A stretch of DNA of 64,000 bases from Candidatus Cloacimonadales bacterium. Its GTDB lineage: Bacteria; Cloacimonadota; Cloacimonadia; Cloacimonadales; JAIOQZ01. The DNA is taken from assembly GCA_963662655.2 (NCBI GenBank), contig CAXXTU010000002.1, positions 160,001 to 224,000 on the forward strand, given 5' to 3'. This document shows positions 37,412-47,200 of this stretch, one piece after another; position 1 is the first letter of the stretch; the number at the start of each line of letters is the position of its first letter. Made by a program: the position numbers and the translations under genes. The notes beneath the pieces are model-generated. The model did not search any database, was not told where the DNA came from, and was given only the letters and a program-made list of their open reading frames with translations.

Positions 37412-37438
37412 TTAGCAAACACTTTTTTAGAGTGCCAG
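37412..37438 (-). promoter_or_regulatory. CIRCE-like (HrcA) operator upstream of groES
   Basis: Minus strand CTGGCACTC-N9-GTTTGCTAA versus consensus TTAGCACTC-N9-GAGTGCTAA: 14/18 match with exact spacing, 60 nt before groES. Confidence 0.7.
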
Positions 37439-37530
37439 TTTTTATCGTCAAGTAATTTCTGTGATTCGACGATGTTCTGCCAGGACGAATCACTTCCGAC
37501 CACACGCACGACCACGGAGAAATATGGGGT

Positions 37531-38940
37531 TTATTTCACCATCACCACTTTTCCGATGGCGATCGCTTTGTTTTGAACGTTCAACCGGCACAAATAGATT
37601 CCTGAGGCTACGGTTTTCCCGTTAAAATCTTTACCATCCCAACAGGCGAGTTGCTCTCCCGCAGGCCTGTAGCCCAACTCAAGGCGGCGTACTTTCTGCC
37701 CTCGACAATTGAAGATATCGATGTTAACCGTACCATCCTCGGGAAACTTGAATTTGAATATCGTACTCTCTCTAAATGGATTCGGATAATTGCCCAGCCT
37801 GGCTTCGATGTTTTGCTCTGGTTCAGGAGGTAATGGATTTTCCACGAAATGCCCGGTTCCATCATTATATGCAATCCCGACATAGGATACACCACTACCA
37901 TGACTCGGGCCAATGATGTCGATCGCGCCGTTGCCATCCATATCTGCGAAATTAAAAGGGCTTCCTTGTAAAAATGTTGTATCAGCTTCAGTGAACTTGA
38001 GATCGCCCAGATTAAACATCATCATGTTGCCGAACAACATGTCGTTGAATCCGTTTCCATCGAAATCCTCAACTCCGATCTGACTGGCAGAATCGTAGTA
38101 CCAGTATGTGAAATCCAGCGAGAATTCTCCATATCCGTCATTGCAATACACTGTAACGTCGATGATATCTGTGAAATACTCCCAGTAGCCTGCGGCGATG
38201 TCCAAGTCACCATCGTTGTCCATATCCCTCAAGCTCGTCATGAACATGGGTATCTGAGGTTCCACGATTCGGGAAGTCCAACTGCCGTCTTCATAATCGA
38301 ATATCGTGAGCCAATCCCCCGCGATCAACACTTCATCCCGTGAGTCTCCGTCGATATCACCGATGGAGATATCCTGAGGTGGAAGTCCCAAGTCGATGTA
38401 TTCCGGTGCGGTGAAGTTTCCGTGATTGTTCATCACGAAACCTGCACAACTTCCGTAGTTTGAACATATAGCGATATCATCTCCAGGGACACCATCGAAG
38501 TTGCCGGTTTTGATGCCAGTCATATATTTATCTTTAGTATATTCGATTGAGTCAATGTGGGAATACCCCTGAATGGCATAATCGTGAATAATTGCGAAAT
38601 AAATGGATTCAAGGTGGTCTTCAGCATCAAAAACGCAAGAGGTGGTAACAATATCAGGGCACTGATTCATGTCCATATCCCCAATTGCCACATAGCCATG
38701 ATTACCAATGATATAGCATGAATCCTGAATTGTAAATTCCCCAAAATGATTGTTTATGAAGACCGAGATACCTCTCCAGCCATCAGAAGGAACAGGTCTC
38801 GATCCCACAACTACGTCAGGGTAGCCGTCCACATTGATATCTGCCACAGCGGTCGTTTGAATATAATACGGTGCACGGAAACGGAGGCCGTAGAGAGCGA
38901 GCGATAGCAAACAAAATGCGAGAATCAACACCCTTTTCAT
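37531..38940 (-). CDS. FG-GAP/VCBS repeat protein with a FlgD-Ig/T9SS-like C-terminal domain
   Basis: Repeated 'ADINVDGYPDV', 'GDIDGDSRDE', 'DMDNDGDLDI' and 'DMDGNGAIDI'; tail 'NYPNPF...WDGKD...SGIY'; signal peptide from 38940. Confidence 0.85.
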   Translation of the reverse strand: MKRVLILAFCLLSLALYGLRFRAPYYIQTTAVADINVDGYPDVVVGSRPVPSDGWRGISVFINNHFGEFTIQDSCYIIGNHGYVAIGDMDMNQCPDIVTTSCVFDAEDHLESIYFAIIHDYAIQGYSHIDSIEYTKDKYMTGIKTGNFDGVPGDDIAICSNYGSCAGFVMNNHGNFTAPEYIDLGLPPQDISIGDIDGDSRDEVLIAGDWLTIFDYEDGSWTSRIVEPQIPMFMTSLRDMDNDGDLDIAAGYWEYFTDIIDVTVYCNDGYGEFSLDFTYWYYDSASQIGVEDFDGNGFNDMLFGNMMMFNLGDLKFTEADTTFLQGSPFNFADMDGNGAIDIIGPSHGSGVSYVGIAYNDGTGHFVENPLPPEPEQNIEARLGNYPNPFRESTIFKFKFPEDGTVNIDIFNCRGQKVRRLELGYRPAGEQLACWDGKDFNGKTVASGIYLCRLNVQNKAIAIGKVVMVK

Positions 38941-39142
38941 TTTTCTCCCAAAACCAAGTATGATTGTCAATTACACTAATTAGAGTGTGTCTCTAACAAT
39001 TGTCAAGTTTTGTGATATTCGCTGGAGGAAAACTCGAAACGACAATCAGTGAATGTGCGCCACATGATTCCTATCGGATAAATATCCTTGACATGATGAT
39101 TGTGTGATTGCTCAATCGGGAAAACCTTTGGGGAGGAATACT

Positions 39143-39772
39143 ATGAATCGTATTTTATTACTGTGCGTGTTACTTTCAATTTTTACCCTCTTTGCCTGTG
39201 CTCCAAAAGAGGAAGCGCCGGCGCAGGAAGCCAGCCAGCCGGTTGAAGAAAAGCCCGAAATGCTCGTTAAAACCAGCTTCTTCGATTTCCACGATCTGGA
39301 CAAGGATGGCTTTGTCACGGAGGAAGAGCATAAAGCAAATTATCGGAACCTTTTCGCATCGCATGATATTGACGGCGACGGCGTTCACAACGAAGGCGAA
39401 ATCAAAGGCAAGATTCAAAGAATATTCAATCGATGGGATAAAGACGGCGACAATAAGATAACGATTGAAGAAATGAAGGTTTCGACCGTTGGAGAAGGCT
39501 GGGAAGAGATCGACATCACTGGAATCGAATGTGACGACAATCCTGCTTTCTGTTTCTCGAAAATGGATATTGATGGCGATGGGAAGCTCGCCCGAACCGA
39601 GCATCTGGCATTCGTCGAGAAGCGTTTTGTAGCAATGGATGTGAATAGCGACAATATGATCGAAGAAATGGAATTTATGGATTCTTTCATGAAAACGCAT
39701 CAGGCGATGGATGGAGATATCGACCACGCGATCTCTTTAGATGAGCTTGAGCAGTACAACTACGGCGGATAA
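39143..39772 (+). CDS. EF-hand-rich lipoprotein
   Basis: Lipobox 'LFAC'; six DxDxDG-like loops (DLDKDG, DIDGDG, DKDGDN, DIDGDG, DVNSDN, DGDIDH); GGAGG RBS. Confidence 0.8.
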   Translation: MNRILLLCVLLSIFTLFACAPKEEAPAQEASQPVEEKPEMLVKTSFFDFHDLDKDGFVTEEEHKANYRNLFASHDIDGDGVHNEGEIKGKIQRIFNRWDKDGDNKITIEEMKVSTVGEGWEEIDITGIECDDNPAFCFSKMDIDGDGKLARTEHLAFVEKRFVAMDVNSDNMIEEMEFMDSFMKTHQAMDGDIDHAISLDELEQYNYGG

Positions 39773-39920
39773 AACTTTTTTCCGATAAAAAATAGCGCTT
39801 TCACCCGAAAGCGCTTTTTCTTTGCCCAACCGACGGATAATCGATAATCGCAGGTTTACCGTGAATTTCCTTGACGTCAGATTTGAGCGTGCATTCATGA
39901 GATTCAGGAAGTACAAAAAT

Positions 39921-41096
39921 ATGGCACCAAAGAAGAAAAAATCGAACATAAAAAAGAGAAAAAGCGCAAAGAAACGAAGCGGCACATCGCGCGGGTGTCT
40001 GCTGTTTCTTGTTGCGATCGTTATGCTTGCGGGACTGGCCTGGTGGTCTTTTCGCCATTTCAAGGAGCCGGTGGAAGCGCCCAAGCCCAAGAGCACGGTG
40101 ATGGACTCGATCTATTTCGCGATCGACAAGCTCGGTATTCCGCAAAAGCTCATCAAGACCAAGGACATGGGCGACAGCATTCGCGTGGAGATCGGTTTGG
40201 ACCCAGAACGTCACGATCTGCCGTTCGTGAACATGCTCTTCTCTGGAACCCTCGAGCAGGCCGGCGCAACGTTCGTCTCGGGCGTGACAGGTCCCAAGGA
40301 GCGTTTCCATACGCTCAGGTATTTCGACCCGATCGACGAGAAGACCGTCGTTGTCTATCTACATTTCGCTCGAAGGAAGGAATTCCCCGAGGACAAACCG
40401 CTGCTATCGATCATCGTGGACGATTTCGGCAATATACATGGCGAGGATCTCTCGCAGTTTTGCGACTTGATCGATCCCAACGTTACCTTCGCCATCATGC
40501 CCGGAAGGCCGCACGCCAAGGACGCGATGGAGAGGGGCCGGGCAGCCGGGCATGAATTGATCATTCACATGCCGATGGAGCCGATTGCTTATCCCAAGGC
40601 GGATCCGGGAAAGAACGCGATTTTCGTGGATATGAGTCCCAAAGAAATACGCTCGACCGTTCGAGATTATATCAAGGAATTACCGTATTGCGTAGGCGCG
40701 AACAATCACATGGGCAGCCTTGCAACCTCCGATTCCGATGTAATGAACGTGGTGCTCGACGAACTGAAAAAAGCAGGATTGTATTTCATCGACAGTCGGA
40801 CGATCGCCAACTCGGTCGCTTACGACGTTGCTAAAAAACTGGGCATCCGCACCGCGAAGCGGAACCTCTCTTTCCTCGACAAGCCGGATGCTTCCATGGC
40901 GACGATGAGTCAGCGCGCAGCCGAGCTGAAGAAGATGAAAGAGAACGGAGTGAAGCACGTTGTAACGATTTCCCACTGCTACCCGTCGGATCGCCTGAAG
41001 CAGCTTGTGCATTTCATCGATGAAGCGAAGGCGGCCGGATTCGAGCTGGTACCTGTATCGAGACTGCTAGAAGAAGAATACAAAGAGATATTGTAA
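39921..41096 (+). CDS. Divergent polysaccharide deacetylase family protein (YibQ-like), membrane-anchored
   Basis: 'IIVDDFG', 'IHMPMEP', 'GANNHMGS' and 'FIDSRT'; basic N-terminus plus TM helix. Confidence 0.88.
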   Translation: MAPKKKKSNIKKRKSAKKRSGTSRGCLLFLVAIVMLAGLAWWSFRHFKEPVEAPKPKSTVMDSIYFAIDKLGIPQKLIKTKDMGDSIRVEIGLDPERHDLPFVNMLFSGTLEQAGATFVSGVTGPKERFHTLRYFDPIDEKTVVVYLHFARRKEFPEDKPLLSIIVDDFGNIHGEDLSQFCDLIDPNVTFAIMPGRPHAKDAMERGRAAGHELIIHMPMEPIAYPKADPGKNAIFVDMSPKEIRSTVRDYIKELPYCVGANNHMGSLATSDSDVMNVVLDELKKAGLYFIDSRTIANSVAYDVAKKLGIRTAKRNLSFLDKPDASMATMSQRAAELKKMKENGVKHVVTISHCYPSDRLKQLVHFIDEAKAAGFELVPVSRLLEEEYKEIL

Positions 41097-41109
41097 CAAA
41101 AGGAAATAC

Positions 41110-41913
41110 ATGGAACTGATCAAATCGATTATCCTGGGAATCATCCAGGGCCTCACCGAATTTCTGCCTGTCAGCAGCAGCGGGCACCTGGTTATCGCCG
41201 AGCATTTCATGCGGTTCGATAAACCGGATATGTCCTTCGATGTGCTCCTTCATTTCGGAACGTTGCTGGCGATCCTCATCTACTTTCGCAAAGACATCGT
41301 CAAGCTGCTCGCTTCGTTGAATCCGGCAGCGAGAGATGAAGAAACCAGAGACAATCGCAGGATCCTGCTATATCTTGCTGTCGGTACCGTTCCGATCGGT
41401 CTTGTGGGCGTATTGCTCAAGGACCAGATCGAATGCCTCTTCTCCAATCCGATTATCGCGGCTTCCATGCTCTTTTTGACCGGCGCGGTCGTACTCGTAT
41501 CGGACCTTGTCAGATCGCGGGGTATTCAGATGGGGAAGATGGGGCTCTTGCGTGGAATCCTGATTGGCATCGGCCAGGCGCTGGCGATCGTCCCCGGAAT
41601 ATCACGTTCCGGAATGACCATTTCCAGCGGACTGTTCGCTGGCCTCAAGCGCGATGACGCAGCGCGCTACGCGTTCCTGCTGGCGATTCCCGCCATCCTC
41701 GGCGCAACCGTGCTGGATATCGGCGCACTCTTCGCGATCGAGCCTCATTATGTCATTCGTTACATCGCCGGAACCGTAGCTGCGTTCATTTCGGGCTACA
41801 TGGTAATTTCCTTGCTCCTGACCATGGTGCGCAAGCAGAAGATGAAATACTTCTTCTTCTATTGCTGGGCCGTGGCGATTGTCACCATTATTCTGATCAG
41901 TAAAGGGTTATGA
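41110..41913 (+). CDS. uppP: Undecaprenyl-diphosphate phosphatase (BacA/UppP)
   Basis: 'QGLTEFLPVSSSGH' and 'PGISRSG'. Confidence 0.96.
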   Translation: MELIKSIILGIIQGLTEFLPVSSSGHLVIAEHFMRFDKPDMSFDVLLHFGTLLAILIYFRKDIVKLLASLNPAARDEETRDNRRILLYLAVGTVPIGLVGVLLKDQIECLFSNPIIAASMLFLTGAVVLVSDLVRSRGIQMGKMGLLRGILIGIGQALAIVPGISRSGMTISSGLFAGLKRDDAARYAFLLAIPAILGATVLDIGALFAIEPHYVIRYIAGTVAAFISGYMVISLLLTMVRKQKMKYFFFYCWAVAIVTIILISKGL

Positions 41914-42935
41914 AAAAGGAAACGATTCAACAGGCACACGAATTCTTCGCGAGACGGGACCGGCTGGCATTCGCGCCGGTGTTCATGGTGTTTGGCAGCG
42001 AGTCGCTTCTGAAAGCGAAGGTCGTGAGCGTCATCCGCAAGAAATTCCTTACGGAAGGCGCGGAGGATTTCGATACCGCTCTCTTCTACGGTGACGAGAC
42101 CAAGGCCGAGAGCGTGTTGGAGCAGCTCGAATCGCTGCCATTTCTTTCGGAGCGGCGCGTGATTGTGCTCAAGGATGCCGACAGCATGCGAAGCGAGGAA
42201 GCAAAAAAACTGGTGCCGTATATCGAATCCCCGTCGAATTCATCGGTTTTCATCGTTGTGGCCGAGAAGCCCGACAAGCGTTTGATGTTCTTCAAGCGCC
42301 TCTCTGAAAGCGCGGTTCAAATCGAGTGCAAGCCTCCGAGAAATCCCGAGGACATCCGGCGCTGGCTCATTACCGAGATGAAGCGTCGCAACCTATACAT
42401 GGATCAGGAAGCGATGGATATCTTCTGCATGAATGTCCCCATGGACTATGCTGGGGCGTTCAACGAGCTGGAGAAGATCATTCTGCTATCCGGTGAAGCG
42501 AAGCAACTTACGAAGCAAACGATCATCGACAGCCTGACGAAGCTCAGCCGTTTCAGCGAGTACGACCTGGTGGATGCCGTCGGAGCGAAAAACAAGCAGG
42601 CCGCCATGACGATCCTCAAGGAGCTCCTGGATAACGACGCCAGCATGATCTATATCGTTTCGCTCCTGAGCAATCTGTTCGTGACGCTCTGGAAGATCAG
42701 GTCGCTGCGGAACAGTGGTATCAGCGAAGTGGAGATATCCAACAAGCACATCCCCGAGGTGTTTTACTGGCTCAGGAAGAACTACATCAAGTTCGCTTCC
42801 AATTATTCCGTGCAGGCTATCCGCGAAATCTTTCATCTGCTGTATCAGTTCGATTGCGACCTGAAGTCGCTGGAGACTGCCCTGGTGCCGGTTTTGGCAT
42901 CGACAACCATTTACAAGATATGTAGTGCAAAATGA
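41910..42935 (+). CDS. holA: DNA polymerase III subunit delta
   Basis: 'FGSESLL', 'LPFLSERRVIVLKDA', 'NELEKI' and 'DCDLK'; 341 aa. Confidence 0.85.
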   Translation: MKKETIQQAHEFFARRDRLAFAPVFMVFGSESLLKAKVVSVIRKKFLTEGAEDFDTALFYGDETKAESVLEQLESLPFLSERRVIVLKDADSMRSEEAKKLVPYIESPSNSSVFIVVAEKPDKRLMFFKRLSESAVQIECKPPRNPEDIRRWLITEMKRRNLYMDQEAMDIFCMNVPMDYAGAFNELEKIILLSGEAKQLTKQTIIDSLTKLSRFSEYDLVDAVGAKNKQAAMTILKELLDNDASMIYIVSLLSNLFVTLWKIRSLRNSGISEVEISNKHIPEVFYWLRKNYIKFASNYSVQAIREIFHLLYQFDCDLKSLETALVPVLASTTIYKICSAK

Positions 42936-43834
42936 TAGACCCATTCAATATCCCCCCGGATTTCAAAGCCGGATACGTCTCGATCGTGGGACGCCCCAAC
43001 GTTGGGAAATCAACGTTGATGAACGCGCTGATCGGAGAAAAGCTCTCCGGCGTTACACCCAAGCCACAAACAACCCGTCAGAACATCAAGGGATTCTATA
43101 ACAACGACAAACTGCAGGTGATCTTCCTGGATACTCCCGGCTTCCTGAAGCCGCGATACACGCTGCACGAGAAGATGAGGGAGTACATCGACCTCTCGCT
43201 CTCTGATAGCGACGTGATCCTCTTTGTCACCGACGTTAAAAACTTCCCCACCGACTACGATACGGAATTGTGCCGGAACATCGAGAAAACCAAGACACCG
43301 AGAATCGCCGTGCTGAACAAGATCGATGCCGTGGAGCAGCAGGAGCTCGATGAAGTCAGGACGAAGATTCAAGACTTCGCTTTCGACAAGGTCATCGAGA
43401 TATCCGCGCTGCAGAAGCAAAACCTGGAAGCCCTTATCGAGGCGATCCAGCACTTTCTGCCGCTCTCACCGCCGCTGTACGATCCGGAAGACCTCTCGGA
43501 CCTGCCGCTGAGATTCTTCGTGCAGGAAATCATCCGCGAAAAGATTTTTCTCAACTACGGTGAGGAAATTCCTTATGCCACCGCGGTTGTGGTGGAGTCG
43601 TTCAACGAGACCGAAGACACGGATATCATTCACGCCAACATCTGGATCGAAAGGCAGTCGCAGAAGCCGATCATCATCGGAAAAAACGGAACCGCGATAT
43701 CCAAGCTCAGGCGCGATTCGGAACGGGAAATCCGCAAACTGACCGGTCGCGGCGTTGAATTGAATCTTTGGGTGAAAGTCAAACACAACTGGCGTAAGAA
43801 AACAAACGCGCTCAAAGAATTCGGGTATCGGTAG
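42932..43834 (+). CDS. era: GTPase Era
   Basis: 'GRPNVGKSTL', 'PQTTR', 'DTPG', 'NKID', 'EEIPY' and KH-domain 'IIGKNG'. Confidence 0.98.
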   Translation: MIDPFNIPPDFKAGYVSIVGRPNVGKSTLMNALIGEKLSGVTPKPQTTRQNIKGFYNNDKLQVIFLDTPGFLKPRYTLHEKMREYIDLSLSDSDVILFVTDVKNFPTDYDTELCRNIEKTKTPRIAVLNKIDAVEQQELDEVRTKIQDFAFDKVIEISALQKQNLEALIEAIQHFLPLSPPLYDPEDLSDLPLRFFVQEIIREKIFLNYGEEIPYATAVVVESFNETEDTDIIHANIWIERQSQKPIIIGKNGTAISKLRRDSEREIRKLTGRGVELNLWVKVKHNWRKKTNALKEFGYR

Positions 43835-43857
43835 ACTTCTCGAAGCCATTCTCGCAA

Positions 43858-43937
43858 GTCGTCAGCAGATTCGTTCAATCGTACCGCAGACGTGCTATAT
43901 CCACGACGGAGGTGGGATTGGGCGAAGGTGCAACGAC
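43858..43937 (+). repeat. Dispersed long-hairpin family H, short copy
   Basis: AGATTCGTTCAATC...GATTGGGCGAAG, with a compensatory A-T pair replacing G-C; apical CGTG-CTATATC-CACG. Confidence 0.8.
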
Positions 43938-44105
43938 GTTAAGGAATTACCGGCATAACCAAACACATAGAGCCATCAACACTCTTGAGTATTTAAATGA
44001 GACTCAATCCCCTGTTAAGGTGTAGGTTTTGTGAAACAACAACCTGGAATCTCAAAAGAGAAGGATGCTCTGGCGAGCATCCAGAGGGATTTTTTCTCTA
44101 TCCCC

Positions 44106-44141
44106 ATCCTTGTTATCCCGTAAATCTTGTAAATCCTGCTT
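44106..44141 (+). repeat. 9-bp imperfect tandem repeat, 4 units
   Basis: ATCCTTGTT ATCCCGTAA ATCTTGTAA ATCCTGCTT. Confidence 0.6.
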
Positions 44142-44148
44142 CTGACAT

Positions 44149-44182
44149 AAAAAAGCTGGAAACGCCAAAGCGCTTCCAGCTT
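44149..44182 (-). terminator. Rho-independent terminator after the C25 gene
   Basis: AAGCTGGAA/TTCCAGCTT stem followed by a T-run on the minus strand. Confidence 0.75.
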
Positions 44183-44202
44183 CAATAATACTATTCTCTT
44201 AG

Positions 44203-47200
44203 CTACTTGAGAAGCAGCATTTTCTTTGTGGAGTCGTAACCGTTTGTTTCCAGGCGGTACAGATACAATCCAGACGAGACCGCCTTGTCATTGTTGTCGC
44301 GGCCATGCCAGATGATGCTGTGATTGCCTTCGGCGAGATGGTCGTTCACCATCGTTTTCACTAGCTGTCCCTTGATATTGTATATCTTCAGGCTGGTTTT
44401 TCCTGCTTGCTTGAGGCTGAATTCGATCCGGGTCTCGGGATTGAACGGGTTCGGGAAGTTTCCGCGAAGTTGATTCGCATAGACCGGCGCATCAGGTTGG
44501 TGATCGGACATCGTGCCGTCCCAGTATACGCCGTCTATTTCAACCGGAACACTAGAACCGGCATCGTACACGACCTCGATCAGATAGCGATAGGTTTTCA
44601 GTGAATCGATTTGATCCTGATAGATATTCTCGGTAAGGTTATCCACGATCAGATGAATCGGGCCGGTCTCGCATTGACGGTAGATACGGAAGTTCTGGAA
44701 TTCCTCTCGCGACATTTCCTTGCGGCCCTTTTGATTGCGCACTGCATGGTGAGTCGGAGCTGCGTACTCCCATGACAGATTCACACGGCCATCCACAACC
44801 TCGGAAGCTGGAGTTACTACGGGCTGCAAGTAGGTAAGTACCAGGTTGTTGTTCTCCGATGCTGAACCGAGAACAGCTTCAATTCCCTCGATACGATCGC
44901 TCTCGAAATACTGGAGGCTTCCAAGCATGTCGTAGGTTCCCTCGGACGTGTAAAGGATATAATCGCCATCTTCGTTTGGACGGGTGGAGTAGCTCCCCAC
45001 GGTTACCAGAGCGTCCTCGACATCAGCAGCGTTTTCGCTCAACGTAACGGTACCGGAGACCACAACACCCTTTTCCTGGCTACCGGTGATGCTGACATCA
45101 TCGATCGTCCAGCCGTATGCGATCGTGGAGCCGTCGGAACCGAAGTGCCAGCGCAGCCGGGCGTAATTGCCTGCGTAGGGCATCAGGTTGAATACCGCTT
45201 CTGCCCACTGAGTTTGGTAACCTGTGTAAGCGGGTTCTCCACCGATACCGGTATTACTGAAGGCGATGGCGTCATCGGGATATCCGCCTTCAGGCTCGAT
45301 CACTTCCCACGTGTTTCCGCCATCGATGCTGATCTTCACGTTACCGCCGTCGCTACCGGTTTGAGTAAGGTATTTGTGCCAGAAATGCAGTTCCGTGCTG
45401 GTCCCGATGTAGAACAGCCCGGAATCGAGCTTCCAGTCCGCATTGTTCATGTAGTTTGCATACAGGCGAGTTCCCCAAGCCTTCTCCCCTGAATGCGCGC
45501 CCTGGCTCGGTGTTCCCCATTCCCATAAATCGTTGGATGAGAAGCCCCAGGCGCTTTCTTCGAAATCGGTCTGAGCTCCCCAGATTCCGATGGTCGCCAT
45601 GATATTGAATGTCTGAGGATTCCCTCCGCGCATTTCCACGTTCAAGGCGAATTCGGTGTTTGTCTCGGCGGGTACAGAAGAATCAATGCTGAGTCGATAG
45701 GCCTTCTGCATGTTCATGCCGGGGGTAAGATCGCCGAAACTGAGCTCGGCTTCTTCGATCGTAATCAGTTCATTATCAACCGTGAGTTCACCCATTACGT
45801 CGAAGGCCTTGGAGCTCGACTGGTTTTCGAGGCTGATTGCCAGGTAGGCATCCTCTCCGGGATCGAGAACGCCATCGTTATTGCCATTGATATCGTAAAC
45901 TACCGTCGACGAGAGCGTGACGGATGGCTTGATCACCGTGATGGTGAAGGGATATTCCCAGTAGCCGTCATCGTTGTTCAGTTGCAGCATGAAGTGCGCC
46001 ACGTATTGATTCGGGCACGATTCAAGAACATCGAAGGAAAAGTACGAGAGGTTGTATGCGCCGTAGGTACTTTGAATATCGGCATACTGGGCGTTCGCGT
46101 CAGTGATGTTGATGTATGGAGAATCGGTAACGATCGTACCGGTGTTATTGGTGGCTTCGGATAAGCCAACGTTATCGATGCGGATGCTCAGATCGATCGA
46201 TTCACCCGCATCCACGTATCCACTTCCGTCCGCATCGTGAATGGTGTAGTTGCCGTATACAAGGTAGCTGTCTTGCGAACTCATGGGCAAGCCGGTAAAC
46301 AGAATGGCCGTCTCGTTACCCAATTCCATCGCGCCACTTGGATATTCATCGTTGTAGGTGTACATGAGACCTCTCAACTCGGTGTGGTCTTCGATGCCTA
46401 CCGTGCAGTAGTTGCCCTGAGAACTATAGTTATCGTTGTAGCTGTCCACGTTGTTGAAGGTCTTGTACTGAATTTTGATCATTCCATCATAGGTTGGCGT
46501 CAGATAGGCTTCCGGATTGTACAGGATGATCTGGAAAGTCTCTTCGGCAGAGCTTTGCAAGTTCTGGTTATGGGACCACTCGATGACAAAGTAGCTCTCC
46601 TCTTCGTTGAACCATGTAAAGACGCCGCCCGGAGTGGTTCTCAGTTCATCCCAGAATGCCGCGACCATCGCCCGTGGTCCAAGCGCGCCCGGGATAAACC
46701 AGTTACGGAAGCTGACCTGCTCGCTTTGGGCAAACGTTATCCAGCCGTTGGAGCAGATTCCCACTTCGCTGTACTCTTCGCCGTAGAAATTGAATGTAAA
46801 CGGAAGATCGACATACACCAGGTCGTCACCCTGATCGACGTTGTCGTTGATTCCCGTGTTCGTACCCGTACCGCCATAGCTCGGATCGATCTCGATCCAA
46901 TCGTAAACCGGCGCTTCAAGATAGTCCGTATCACCGCTATCGTAGCAGACGTAGCCATAGGAATCGGGACCGATCGGATCGCCTGCGCCGCGGTTGCCGA
47001 CCTGGAGTGTGATATGTTCGATTTCCTCGTAACCGCTATCGTTGAAAAGGCGTAAGCTCGCCTTGACTTCCATGCCCGGAAGTGCGAGCGAGAGGCCGGT
47101 CACGTTGAACATATTCGATTCGCAGTTCACGACGGATCCCGGAGTGATGGGGCCGAAGTATGCGAGCGAGTCGTCGACGCGCAGGAAGTAGCTATTGGTG

